Source of the DNA: Octopus vulgaris
Lineage: Eukaryota
Length of the DNA: 64,000 nt
Assembly: GCA_951406725.2 (NCBI GenBank)
Contig: OX597828.1
Location: forward strand, 7,564,001-7,628,000
Direction of reading: 5' to 3'
Part shown: positions 1 through 13,352 of the stretch, piece after piece
Numbering within the stretch: position 1 is the first letter of the stretch
How the letters are laid out: every line of letters starts with the position of its first letter
Program-made: the position numbers and the translations under genes
Notes under the pieces: model-generated
Seen by the model: the letters and a program-made list of their open reading frames with translations, nothing else
What the model was told of the DNA's origin: nothing
The model's database searches: none

Positions 1-55
1 ACCGGCCCCCCCTGAGTCTATATGACTCGGGAAGGATCTTTGTCCTTTATACTAA

Positions 56-440
56 TCTCTCTCTATATATAAAGCTGAAGTTGTCTGTGTATGGCAGGTT
101 TGGTAGCCTTCAACTAACACTATCTCCTCCGAGACCCTGCGGCACAAGTTGACCAAAATTGAGAGTATGATAGAAGAAGGCTTGCTTTTTATTCCGTAGA
201 AAATAAAATTCAAATCGGATGTTAAGACCCAAAATTATTTACATCAAAAAGGTGTTTTTTTTTCCATGAAAATCCCTATTTTTTACGTTTTTTTTTACTG
301 CTCTGTCGCCATTTTTCGGTGTATTTCAACCAGAAAAATGTTCTCTTAAAGAGAATAACAAGCTACATAATGTAAAATTTTCACTTTTCAAAAATTCCAA
401 TTCTAAAGGGTCGAAACAAACCGCCGGGTGATACTGCTAG
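56..440 (+). mobile_element. Non-autonomous Helitron
   Basis: Begins A|TC (TCTCTCTCTATATATAAAG) and ends CTAG|T with no TSD. GC-rich subterminal remnant CCGCCGGG lies ~12 nt before the end; the hairpin appears partly deleted. Confidence 0.7.
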
Positions 441-714
441 TTCATTATAAAAACTTCGTAAAGCCGGCAAAGACGTAATTCGAACTGACGTAAGTTGAGG
501 TGTGCTTGTGTTAGCATATAAGGATTACTGTTCGCTATCTGTTTATATATCTAGTGCGCTGCCACACGATTGTTATGACGCACGGTCTTAATTGAATTAA
601 TTCTTAGTTCCAAAAATAGCTGCTTACCAGAGATAATCTTAAATGGCAGATTCCCGGCAGATGCGCAGCACAAAATAATTTTAAATATCTCAGTAATTTT
701 AATTACCTTAAATA

Positions 715-925
715 TTTGCGGAGAATCGTTAGCACGGCGGACGAAATCCTTAACGATATTTCGCCTGTCTTTGTGTTCTGATTTTAAATTCCACCGAAGT
801 CGACTTTGCCTTTCGTCATTTCGGAGTCGATAAAATAAGTACCAGTTCACTATTGTAGTCGAGGTAACCGACTCAGCCTAGCCCCTCCACCGAAATTGCT
901 GGCCTTGTGCCAAAATTTAAAATCA
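715..925 (+). mobile_element. SINE family B copy (diverged)
   Basis: Matches the copy at 55702-55933 (GAATCGTTAGCAC...GTCGACTTTGCCTTTC...TAAGTACCAG). Other copies approx. 9031-9250(+), 13905-14055(-), 15280-15480(-), 17416-17590(+), 23125-23212(-), 23535-23746(-), 26845-27050(-), 27055-27270(-), 37635-37750(+), 60240-60460(-), 61745-61950(-). Confidence 0.85.
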
Positions 926-1322
926 TTTACCTTAAAGAGTAGAATTCTTTGAATCTAATGTAATATTTTAAATGCTCTTTAAGTCAAAATGCTTCGTATT
1001 CGTGAACGCAAATCTGAATTAAGGGAACTGGATTTGAACTGAAAACCATGAGACTCTAAGCTGTTAATCGTAAAGTAGCGTGTCTCATAACTCCCACCCG
1101 AACTAACGAAAACTCATCAAAATAGGCTAATTACTTCAGGGACTAATGATTTTCACAAAGATGCAGAATGGTGTGAAGAAAGCTGACAAGGATATATTCA
1201 TTAAATTAAGCGAAATATAATGAGTCAACAACGTGTTTATATTTATTAGCACGAACGCAGCAATATACACCTTTTGAGGTGCAAAAAACCAACAATAATG
1301 CATAGACGTAAGCATACATAGT

Positions 1323-1380
<58 letters not shown>

Positions 1381-1393
1381 GCACGCACGCACA

Positions 1394-2289
1394 CACGGGC
1401 TGCGGTGAATGAATTGCCGTCAACATTACGCAAAAATGAAAATAACACTGACATCTCATTTTAACAGATATGTTTACCAAAAAAGTACATAAAAATATCT
1501 TGAAATACTAACGAGTAAATTTATTCAATAAAATCGCCATTGGCTTCAGCCACGACCTCCAAACGACTTCGGAATTTGCTGCAACTCTTCTGGACAGTCT
1601 CCTTGTTTAAGTTGGTGAATGCTACCATAATCCTTGCCTTCAGTTCATCTTTTGTGTTACAAGGAGTTTTGATGGTCTTTCGCTCATCTGCGCCCCACAC
1701 ATAATAATCAAGAGGTTTGCAGTCTGGGGAGTTAGATGGCCAGATGTTAGGAGTGATGTGGTCGCAGAACTTGTCTGACAGCCATGACAGGGTACTCCTG
1801 CTTGTGTGGCATGGTGCAGAGTCCTGTTGCTAGACATATAGTCTTCCAGCAGCCACCCTCTTGATCCAAGGTTGCATTATTTCCTCCAGGCACTTGACGT
1901 AGGCATCCGTGTTGAGTTTGAGGCCGCGTGGTAAGATGAATGGCAACATAACGTCGCCATCACTAGTGATCACTCCGAACACTATGATGTTGACTGGATG
2001 TTTGATTTTTATCACTCTTAGTACATAACCTCAGATTATACTGTCCTCGAATTGACACCCAAACGCTCTGAAATGTTCGTATCGGAGCTTCCGGCGCGAA
2101 TGCCGAAGCAATACAGCATGTCGTTTCCAAATTTCTGGCAGAGTGAATTGCGTCATGGTGCAGCTTTTCACACAATCAGTTCCCAACTGACCCTACTATA
2201 CTGTGTAGTTGACAACAGCAAAATCAAACAATGCTCTTGCGCGGAATTAAAAATATAAAATGGCGGCAATTTACCCATCGCACCATGTA
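1394..2289 (-). mobile_element. Internally deleted Tc1/mariner-superfamily maT (DD37D) transposon
   Basis: Minus-strand translation gives ...YV*QQDSAPCHTSRSTLSWLSDKFCDHITPNIWPSNSPDCKPLDYYVWG, with 37 residues between the last two Asp. W>stop at 1830-1832. N-terminal remnant MTQFTLPEIWKRHAV starts at 2156. Imperfect ~28-bp TIRs at ~1394-1421 and ~2260-2289. Confidence 0.9.
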
Positions 2290-2767
2290 TATGTGTGTGT
2301 GTATGTGTATGCGTATTTATATATATATACATATATGATAATATGGTGAATCATGTCAGTTAAAGCTACCCTACTACTAAAATATAGACTTTTTTGAACT
2401 TATAATTTTCTGTGTATATACATACAGATACAATACCAATATTCCACTGAACTTTTTAATAATTCTTTCTGTAAACTGTTCTTAACATTTTCTTAAGAAT
2501 GTATATATATTTTGTAATCTTTTGTGCCCAATATTTTAATGAACTTGTTAAACTTTTTTATATTTTCCCAAGATTTTCCCTTGTAAACTATTCTTAACAT
2601 GTTCTTATTATCAAAGAATGTATATATATATATATATATATATTGTAATATTTTGTGACAACCAGTACCTAACACAACCAAGCTTTTACATGTTCCTTTT
2701 GACAATCTTTTTCTAAAAAAGTGAAACCGGTTAAGTAAATAAACATCTTTTAAAAAACCTTCTTTCA

Positions 2768-2769
2768 TA

Positions 2770-2861
<92 letters not shown>

Positions 2862-2872
2862 TATATATATAT
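2768..2872. repeat. (TA)n microsatellite, one of dozens in the window
   Basis: Direct reading. Confidence 0.98.
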
Positions 2873-3515
2873 AACGAGTATGAGGGGTTTAGTTAACTGG
2901 TGATGTAAACGAATAGGTACCCTGGGTAAGTGCTATGGGTCATCCGTTAGGTTCCAAGTTCATAGCTGAGGCTGGAGCTAGGGATCCGTAGTAGGCTTCC
3001 GAATTAGCAGGCATGTATTATAATAGAGGGAAAAGGACAGCAAAAACCAAGGCAGGACAGGAATCTCAAGTCATTTGAAGTATTATAGCTGCTGCTGAGA
3101 TACCTCAAGTGATAGGCTAGCATGTCCGTACACTGTGTATTCCGTCATCAGAGACAAGGTGAGTATTTATGAAAGATCTAGACAGGGAAATTCACAGTTT
3201 ATAAGAACAAAAATATTTGATAGAAGAATGAAGAGTAAAACAGTAGATAGAAGAATCTAGACAGGAGAAGAAAGTTCACAGCTCATCTTCTTCCAGAGGG
3301 TATGAAAGTTGATCCGTACTTCCGTGAAGGCATAGGGCCTTAGATATAATCCCAAGTAAATCCAGGCTGTATTTTGACAGTATTTTGAACGTAGCATTCA
3401 TGCTGAAGGAATAGAATTAGTGGTTAGCTAGTATGAAAATGGACCACGTAGGTATATAGGGTATATAGGGTATATAGACATAACAACAACAACAACGACA
3501 ACGACAACAACCAGC

Positions 3516-3689
3516 TTATAAAGCACCTGCAAAAATACTAATGTTTCACCAGAAGAACAAAAAGGGTGCCGGAGAAGGATGTATGGCTGTAAAGAGCAGC
3601 TTCTGGTAAACTGAGATATTATAGATGACTGTGAGAGGAGAAAGATAAACCTGAACATGACTAGGATCGATTACCAAACAGTATTCGAC
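3516..3689 (+). pseudogene. R4/Dong-clade non-LTR retrotransposon reverse transcriptase fragment
   Basis: Translates [46 protein letters not shown], matching the R4-type RT motif EEQKGC...CKDQLL...WIDYxKAFD. Cut at FD by the inverted element. Confidence 0.85.
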
Positions 3690-3691
3690 GG

Positions 3692-3783
3692 TAATTTGGT
3701 ACGATCGTTTCACGCTACATCATTTTATTAAATGTTGTAAGTATTACAACAGTTTCAAAATGTTGAGCAATCATCAGCCATTA
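3692..3783 (-). ncRNA. Type I hammerhead ribozyme, long stem II
   Basis: Minus strand: TAATGG CTGATGA TTGCT...AGCGT GAAA CGATCG TA CCAAATTA. Palindromic stem III ACGATCGT, GUA triplet; the first stem II pair is U-U. Confidence 0.75.
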
Positions 3784-4357
3784 ATAGAGGTTTCCCATTA
3801 ATACATAATTTTCACATCAATTGATAACATTATAGAGAAGGTAGATATATAGACAAAGATGTCGATTTGAATTTTAAGAACATTAAGGTAGTAGAGTTTA
3901 TCAACTGACTGAAGAATATTCATAACATTCAGTTGTTTTGAACTGCTAGAAGGTTTGGGAAGAATGATCAATTGAAAGGAGATAGATATTCTCTATAAAG
4001 GGTCACTGTGACCATTTGACATTGACCTGGCTTTTTCTAATACAAAATCTGTTTGCCAAATAGTAGTAAACGGTCTCTGTATCATTACAACCCTCTCTCT
4101 TCCTTAATTTCTATATATAGAACTTTGACATCTATTTCACCCCTATTTCTATAAATAGAAAATCTTTCTTGTCTCCTTCTTCACAAACCTTCTTGCAGTT
4201 CAAAACAACTGAATATTCTGAATATTCTTCAGTCAGTTCATAAACTCTACTCCCTTAATGTTCTTAAAATTTAAATCGACATCTTTGTCTATATATCTAC
4301 CTTCTCTATAATGTTATCAATTGATATGAAAATTATGTATTAATGGGAAACCTCTAT

Positions 4358-4448
4358 TAATGGCTGATGATTGCTCAACATTTTAAAACTGTTGTAATAC
4401 TTACAACATTTAATAAAATGATGTAGCGTGAAACGATCTACCAAATTA
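4358..4448 (+). ncRNA. Type I hammerhead ribozyme, copy with a 1-nt deletion in stem III
   Basis: CTGATGA 4364-4370, GAAA 4430-4433, then CGATC-TA; inverted partner of 3692-3783. Confidence 0.65.
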
Positions 4449-4551
4449 CCGAAGTTATTCTTGTTGCTTATTTTGATTATAATCACCTCATGGATTTATA
4501 TGGATAACACCATACAAAATCTGGTGCATCTAACTTAAGTACCATATTCAT

Positions 4552-4592
<41 letters not shown>

Positions 4593-4596
4593 TATA

Positions 4597-4811
4597 GTTA
4601 ATCCAAACATGAAAACTTAAAGAGAAAGCACAACAACGCGAGGACGTGGAATAAATATAGTATTATTGGACGCTCAGGAAGGAAGGAAAGAAGGAGTGTT
4701 TAACGTTTCGAGCGGAGCTCTTCGTCAGATACATAGGAAAAGGAAAGATCCAAAGAAGGGAAGACGGAGGAAAAAAATCGCCAACGGTACACACGCGGTC
4801 ACATTTTGAAT
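4597..4811 (-). mobile_element. ~215-bp (TA)n-embedded element with minimal hammerhead (core 4697-4733)
   Basis: Minus strand: TGTAT CTGACGA A GAGC TCC GCTC GAAA CG TT AAACA. TA tracts on both sides; homologous over its length to 30658-30869. Confidence 0.8.
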
Positions 4812-5029
4812 GTATATATATATAGATATATAATATATCTATATATATATATATATATATATGTATTCATGTGTGTGTGTGTGTGTGTGTGTCCATGTAT
4901 GTGCGCGTGTACGTATGTGTTTGCATATGCACAAAGACACATACTCACAAGCATTAGAGAGAAAATACATGTGCGTTCATACACATGAGTACTACTAGGT
5001 AATATCTTAAGTTCTCCTACTGAGATACT

Positions 5030-5825
5030 TATCTGAGTGTGCTGTGTGACTTATAGAATTAATTGGGGTTATGATCAATATCTATGTGAATGAAATAGTG
5101 GAGAGAGTGAATCTCAAACACACCATATAAAGAAAATCGTTATTTTATATAAATATGGTCGTAAAACCTTCACTGTTATTGTGGTCCATTCTTGTTCCAG
5201 ATACTCCGTAGTTTTAATTAAACTCAGTATCTGAAGCCAGCGAAATACTTGTCAATTATACTAGAGTAAATAATGGAAATGAGAATGTGAGAATGTAGAA
5301 AATTCCTCACGGAGTGATGACCGTACCCTACGTAGCTATAGTGTACCCTTTGGCCAGGCATAGCACTCGTTCATCCACCCTGTCAGGGTTACGGCGAAGT
5401 CATTGGGCTGTAGCATGGCGGATTGTGAAGAGGTAAGTGAAGAGATCAGCTGAACCAACTTTGATTCTTATATTGATGCTGAACGGAGGAATCCTAGATC
5501 ACCAATCTCTATCAAGGGAACAGTTGAAGTGCAATCATAGGGGTAGTGTCCATGGTTGTGTAATTAGCTAATGAAAGATTCACTATAACTCAAGCTCTCA
5601 ATTTAAATTCACAATAATGGAATTGGATGACAACAGAGTGATGGGAATCAGCGGAAGCAGTGAAAGAAAAATGGAAATATCTCAAGATACCGGAAGAGGT
5701 CTGTAGATTCTCATCAAAGATTTTGTTTTATATATAGATTTTCAAGAAGGGAAACAGGAGGTAAGAGAACATCATTAAACAAGGAATTAAATGAGGCCAT
5801 AAAACAACTAGTAAGAACTGTATTT
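5030..5825 (+). mobile_element. Possible decayed Penelope-like 5' region
   Basis: Stem CAGATACT/AGTATCTG followed by GAAA TACTTG TC (3' half of a hammerhead, CUGA box missing). Downstream broken peptides DSYIDAERRE and SLNKELNEAIKQLV recall PLE N-termini. Weak. Confidence 0.3.
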
Positions 5826-6051
5826 TCAAAAAAAAAAAAAAAGGCGCAAAATAGAATCTAACATATTTCGCAGAATCAGCTTTCTGACGTCATGGTAACA
5901 CACCAGAAACTTAGAAAGTATATGCATGCGAAAATAGATATATTCATATAAATGTATACATATATACACACAAATATATACACACGCATATAAATAAACA
6001 CACATACACAGACACAAACACACAAACACATAGACACGCACCGGAACAGAA

Positions 6052-6114
<63 letters not shown>

Positions 6115-6892
6115 CACATACATACACACATACATACATACATACATACATACACACATACATACATACATATACGGACATAATATGCAAACACCTTTGT
6201 TTATGAGATACTTCTCTGAAGATTAATAACATGCAAGACTTCCCCGTACTTGTTTCCTATCAGCGATGGGTGCTTTGTTTCTTTGTTAAATAGAACACAA
6301 AGAATAACAGATTAAATAAATAAATAAATAAACGACTTATTAAACAGTAAAAATACGCATCTTTATACAAACACTCGCAAACCCATATATGTGTGTGTCT
6401 GTATGTGTGTGTGTCTGTGTGCTTACGTACTACGTCTGTATGTACGAATGCATGTATACATTTATGTATGCAAGTATACGCATGCATATTGCTATATATG
6501 TGTATACGTGTGTAGTTACATACATTCATATATATGCCTCTATATATATATATATATACATATACCTGGATGCTACCTTTACATGTATAAAAATTTATGA
6601 ATAACCAGAAAACATTACGCAAGTATACTTCCCACGCATATTACAGCCCATATTCAAACACACGCGTGCGCCATCATACAACAGCAGAATGACATATATT
6701 GCAAACCGACGCATGCGTAGACGCTTACGCATATATGCATACATGTTAATGTTTGTACGCTTCCTAAATATGTGTGAGTATACGTATCTCTGAATAAACA
6801 GACACATGTATATCTATATATACATACACAAATATATGCATATATGTATGAAAATATATACAACACGCAATATACATACATACATACATACA

Positions 6893-6928
<36 letters not shown>

Positions 6929-6980
6929 TGTGTGTATATATTTACACATATATATAATACATACATACATACATATACAT

Positions 6981-7012
<32 letters not shown>

Positions 7013-7829
7013 GTCCATAAAACCCACGCAGTACGTACGTATGTATGTATGTATGTAGGTATGTAGGTATGTATATATATATATATTTACATATATATAA
7101 CACATACACACACACACACACACACCCACCCACACACACACACATATATATATGTGTTCATACAAATATGTATACACTCATACATACATACGCGCATGTA
7201 ATAGCGCACAATGAAAGGTCAGGAACTGAATCAAGCTTATTTGATGTCCATATAATTGCAACTGGAATAGGTTTCTCTAAATTTATTTTGCCCACTCCTT
7301 CTCCCCAACCAATCTACGAACATACAGCGACAAAAAGTAACAAAAATAATAAAGAATCAACTCTTAGAAAACCCAAAAATAATTAGCAGAGCTTGGCTAA
7401 GAAATCACTGGAGTCCGTTCTGTCATTGGTTAGAATGCGATATTAGCCGGTGTGTTACGTAAGAGATTCGACCCGAAATTAACAGTGCTCTTTGAAATTC
7501 AATTTATTCTCTCCGAACGAAGCATTGTCAATATTATGTCCATAAAGTCAGGCGGTATTCCTTTGAGAACAAAGCCTAATTAAATTCATGCCGAAAACAC
7601 TGTAATGGGATGAAACTCTAACTAGAAAAAAATATATAATAAATAGAGAGAGGGGAAGAGAAAGAGGGAGAGAAGGAAAGAGAAAGAAAGAGTGAGTGAA
7701 GGGAGAGTGGGGAAGGAGAAAGGGGAGAAGTGAGAAAGAGAAGGGAGAGCATCAGAGGGAGGAGAAAGAGTAAGAGAGTACATGATGGGCAGGATGAGAG
7801 AGAGAGAGAGACAAAGTGAAACAGATAAT

Positions 7830-7903
7830 GTGGTGGCAGTGGTGGTGGTCGTTGTGGTGGTGGTGGTGGTGATGGTGGTGGTGGTGGTGGTGGTGGTGGC
7901 GGT
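7830..7903. repeat. (GGT)n microsatellite after a GA-rich tract
   Basis: Direct reading; source of the poly-Pro ORF 7618..8007. Confidence 0.95.
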
Positions 7904-8564
7904 GAAGCTGCAGATGAAATTAATAAGTTAAAATAATAGCGCAGCTGCCGCCGCCGCCGCCCTCTTGCGTTGGTGCACACGCCAATGCAGTGAAACGAGA
8001 AACACACACGCGTACTGTGGTGTCAGAAAGACGCATATAGCGACACTTAGAAACACACTCATTGTCATATCAGAAGCACATGCATATATACTGGTGCCTG
8101 AAACCCACGCATATAATGGTATATACACTGTTGTATAACAGAAATAGACTCACGTTGTAACAGCTATACATACGCATACATTAGTATGTACAGCATTATG
8201 TACTACAAGTACAAAAATATTCCGGTAAGAGAAAGACCCGCAAATAAAGGTATACATGCTGCTCTATACCAGAAATACATACACATTGTAAAAGCAAAAG
8301 AACATGCGTATAAATAACACTATTATATATATATCAGGCACGTGAAATATTGTAATAGTAGAAACAAGCCCATAGATTGGTATATATATATATATATGCC
8401 ATGGTATACAATAAATACAAAGATACTTTGGTAGCACAACATGTGCATACGCAGTGCACAAACAAACACACACGAATAATACGTCACAAGAAGAGGAGTG
8501 ACGTCATCCATCCCTCTTCTCGTAAAACTATATAATAAATACGTACTCTACTAAAAATATTACT

Positions 8565-8950
8565 CGCTTTTACTCTTTTACTTGTTTCAGTCATTTGACT
8601 GCGGCCATGCTGGAGCACCACCTTTAGTCGGGCAAATCGATCCCGGGACTTATTCTTTGTAAGCCCAGTACTTATTCTATCGGTCTCTTTTGCCGAACCG
8701 CTAAGTTACGGGGACGTAAACACACCAGCATCGGGTGTCAAACGATGTTGGCGGAGGACAAACACAGGAACACAAAAACACACACACACACATATATACA
8801 TATACATATATAAGACGGGTTTCTTTACGTTTCCGTCTTCTAAATCCACTCACAAGGCTTTGGTCGGGTCGAAGCTATAGTAGAAACACTTGCCCAAGGT
8901 GCCACGGAACCTGGAACCATGTGGCTGGTAAGCAAGCTACTTATCACACC
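8565..8950 (-). mobile_element. SINE family A copy
   Basis: Aligns to the full-length copy at 16239-16652. Confidence 0.9.
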
Positions 8951-9454
8951 CCCAACCAATTCTTCAGTTAATTGTTAAATTCTTAATCTATAGCATGACA
9001 TAAAAACAAACATTAATATTTATAAATTATAAGGCGGTGAGCTGGTAGAATCGTTACCATGCCGGGCAAAATGCTTAGCTTTATTTCGTCCGTCTTTGCG
9101 TTCTAAGTTCAAATTCCGCCGAGGTCGACTTTGCCTTTTATCATTTCGTGGACGATTAAATAAATGCCAGTTAAGCACTGGAGTCGATATGATATAATCG
9201 ACTTACCCCATTCCTCAAAATTGCCGACCTTGTGCTAAAATTTGAAACCAATATACGTATATAATAGAAGGCAAATATTGGATTAAAAATACTTTGAGAA
9301 AGAAAAAATTTAAGGCAGCTGATGGAACAGGAATCAACGTCTGTAATCAAGATAAGATTTGTGGGTTCGTGTCGCACGAGCAGCCTCAGAAAGTTTGAAA
9401 ATGTTCAAATATAAATGTCTATATACGTACGTAATATATACGTATACATGTATA

Positions 9455-10145
9455 TACTCTCTCTTTTACTTGTTTCAGTCATGTGACTGTGGCCATGCTG
9501 GAGCACCGCCTTTAGTCGACCAAATCGACCTCAGGACTTATTCTCTGTAAGCCTAGTACTTATTCTATCGGTCTCATTTGCCGAACCGCTAAGTAGCGGT
9601 GGACGTAAACACACCAGCATCGGTTGTCAAGAAGACACTTGCCCAAGGTTCCACGCAGTGGGACTGAACCCGGAACCATGTGGTTGGTAAGCAAGCTACT
9701 TATCACGCAGCCACTCCTATGCCTGGTGTTGGTGTGTTTATGCGGCCGCAACTTAGCGGTTCGGCAAAAGCGACCGACAGAATAAGTACGAGGCTTAGCA
9801 ACAAAAAAAAAAATTAAATACTGCAGTCGATTCATTCAACTGAAAATTCTTCAAGGCGGTGCCCCAGTATGGCCGCAGTCTAATGACTGAAATGAGTAAA
9901 AAATAAAATATACTCGCACGCACACACGCACACACAAACACTCTCTCTCTCTCACACCGCCTTTAGTCGACCAAATCGACCTCAGGACTTATTCTCTGTA
10001 AGCCTAATATTTATTCTATCGGTCTCTTTTGCCGAACCGCTAAGTTACGGGGACATAAACACACCAGCATCGGATGTCAAGTGATGTTTGAGGGACAAAC
10101 ACAGACACACAAACACACACACACACACACGCACACATATATATA
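9455..10145 (-). mobile_element. SINE family A copy interrupted by a templated insertion
   Basis: 52-bp direct duplication 9504-9555 / 9955-10006 brackets sequence matching the reverse complement of 52050-52458. Confidence 0.9.
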
Positions 10146-11086
10146 TACGTTTACAAGCATAATTCTGCTGTTTTTGTTTCAAAAAAGTATTTTTACATAG
10201 ACATGCTGTGCTAAAAACACAATATATATTGGAGCGAAACTTCTGTGGTGGATGGAATAATATATATCAATGCGAGATGTGGCATAATTGAATTTGTTGA
10301 CAGCAAGGAGAAGATTTTGTATGCGAAGTAAGGTAGAGAAAAGCAGGACAAAGGTTTATTTGTAGGCTGTGTATAGAGAAGCACGGATAGTTGAGACAAT
10401 TTTTCTCGTTTGAAAGAGGAAATTGCTTATTGCTGGGTCACAGTTTATCGTGTATGTAATAGGTGTTAAAATTTAACCTGTGTAGGGGTTCATGCGGCAG
10501 GTATGTCTTATTGATGTCACAAATTATGTTGGTTGAAAATTTTCTTATGAGACCCTAGATTCTTGTATATACAATGAATGAGTTGCGCTATTTTAGGGTT
10601 CATATAAAAATATTTATAGATGATTCTGATTTGATTTGTAACACAGCATATGTCAGAAGGGGTCAAAGCTAGAGTTGACGCTATTAGATTTTTAAGAAAG
10701 GAATTCAGATGTTAAAAATAAAACCGGTCGGATTGATTTTCTTACTATAGGTTATTTATAAGAGAGCTCTGATATGTTTCTCCTGGGACTTTCAAAATAT
10801 ATAAATAGAGACAAATGCATGTACCTACATATTCAAATAAATGCATTTAGATAATGTATGATTTCGTGGCTATAAGAGTGTATAAGCTGAAAGAAATATA
10901 TAAATACACCATTTACACACACACACACACACGCGCGCAGACACACGCCTACGTGCTCACGAATATACACACATATACAGGATCATACATGCGTAGTATA
11001 TATATATGTGTATATACATACACATGCAAATATAGATATTTACAGACGTACATACGTAGAATACATCAAGTTACGCATACATATGC

Positions 11087-11130
<44 letters not shown>

Positions 11131-11214
11131 TCAAATGTGCATATCTACACATACGCACATGCCCATCTCTCATCACATTTGTACACGCAGACACGTATGT
11201 ATACACACACACGC

Positions 11215-11271
<57 letters not shown>

Positions 11272-12272
11272 CGTATTTTTTATCATATGGTTAAGAAGTA
11301 CGCATCACCGCTATGGAGTTTCATGTTCGATCCCAATGCCTGAGTTTGGGGACGTCCAGTTTAGCCTCAGCCCAATTAATGCATGAATGTGGTGGGAATT
11401 TCGTGCACTTCAAAGACCTTGCTCTGTGTTAATGTCACATAATCTAGCTGTGGGACAGGTAGGGACATTCACATTATCTTGCTGTTTTTATACTTTTTGC
11501 TCATTACCAGGAGAGCCCTTGTGACCTAAGCCACCACTAGTATTACCAACCATGACTTCCTCCATCTGTTTTTCTTCTTTTTTTTTTTTGAGAAATTATC
11601 ACTCGGATTACATTATTCAACATGTTCATTCTTCAAGAGAAACCGTCATATGTAAGATGATGGAGATTTGGCTAGTATTTCTAGCATAATACTGAACCAT
11701 ATAGAAGCTTCTAAATCGGCTTGTTGCTTTTATAGTCGAACTGTTTGGAATAGGAAAACAATGAAAGGATGTTGTAAGTGTTGTTTACACTGTAGGTTTA
11801 AAGTGAGCGTTCTTGTGTTTAACCTATGGGGAGACTACAATCTGCAGATGGAACACACACGAAATGTTTGTTTGCATCGGAGTATAAAGGGTAATAAGAG
11901 TGTTCATGTGGCGGGCGGGAATAAAGGAAAGAGGATGGGAAAGAAGACATGGGGGAGAGAGGGGGGATAGGGATGGAGAGGAAGGGAAGGGAAGGTTAAA
12001 GAGAGGAGTATAGGGATAAGGGTAGTGGTTGAAGGAAGGGCTTGATGGATGGGGATTTATCTAAATTGAAGCATGAGAGTAAAAACAAGCATGTAGAATT
12101 TTAGATATAGTGATTGATAAAGAAATGAAAGAGAAAGAAAGAAAGACAGTGAGGGAAAGAAAGAGGTGTCAGAGGGTAAGAGGAAACTTAAATCAGTAGA
12201 TTGTGTGTGTGTGTGTATGTGTGTGTTTATATTTATGTATAGATGTGTGTGTGTGTGGAGAGACAAAGAGAG

Positions 12273-12311
<39 letters not shown>

Positions 12312-12954
12312 ACGCGAGAAACGGAAAGCAGATTAATTTTGTGAAGAAGTAAGGAAGGTATAAAATTGTGGTAAGAAAAGGTGATATGGAGAGAGAGAGA
12401 GAGAGGGAGAGAGAGAGTTTGGGTGAAGTGTGTGAATGAACGAGTATACCTGTGTTATTTTAAATTTTGTGTATTTTCGTTTAAATTTTACGTATACTTG
12501 TGTTATTCTGTGTGTGTGTATGTGTGTGCACTTCGATTCATACACACACATACATTTGACTATGAAAAAAATCAATAAACCATCCATAAAAAAAGGGAAA
12601 AGTGTTAGGGTCTGCTTAAGGAGATTGAAGAAAATACAATAAAGACTTTTGGGATGAGAGTTTTAAGAGTCGTATAAATGAGATGAAAATAATGTTTTAC
12701 ACACTTCCTGGGTCAAACTAGACTTAAACATCTCACAGCTAACACAGTAAGCTTAACTGAAATCTAGGGTAAGTCAGGGGATTTTAACCGTATATTCTAG
12801 TCAGCTGCTGCCCCTGCTTTACCGAGCATATGAACTTTGTTAAGTGAAAAATCGTTCTTCTACCTCCTTATAAACTTTGCTAACAACATTTGGTACTATA
12901 TGTACACACTTACACACGCGCGCACGTCATCTATGCGTATACGTATGGATGTAT

Positions 12955-13176
12955 GTACTCGTTACTCTTATACTTGTTTCAGTCATTTGACTGCGGCCAT
13001 GCTGGAGCACTCCCTTTAGTCGAGCAAATCAACCCTAGGACTTAGTCTTTGTAAGCCTAGTACTTATTCTATCGGTCTCTTTTGCCGAACCGATAAGTTA
13101 CAGGGACGTAAACACACCGGCATCGATTGTCAAGCGATGTTGGGGGGCAAACACACAAACATATACACATACACAT

Positions 13177-13207
<31 letters not shown>

Positions 13208-13352
13208 GGACGGGCTTCTTTCAGTTTCCGTCTACCAAATCCACTCACAGGGCTTTAGTCGGCCTGAGGCTAAGGTGCCACGCAGTGGGACTGAACCCAG
13301 AACCATATAGTTGGTAAGCAAGCTACTTACCACACAGCCACTCCTGCGCCTA
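12955..13352 (-). mobile_element. SINE family A, near full length
   Basis: Head, internal TA/CA tract and tail present; short internal deletion near 13272. Confidence 0.92.

Larger units (their letters stand above)
3689..4556. mobile_element. Penelope-like element with inverted pLTR arms
   Basis: Near-identical inverted arms ~3689-3965 and ~4177-4451, each with a hammerhead core. The right arm continues to ...GTACCATATTCATTTGAA(TA)n, homologous to 42562-42616. Confidence 0.75.

Noticed and set aside
6216-6300. CTGAAGA as a hammerhead start
   Set aside because: No stem II closing onto a GAAA box.
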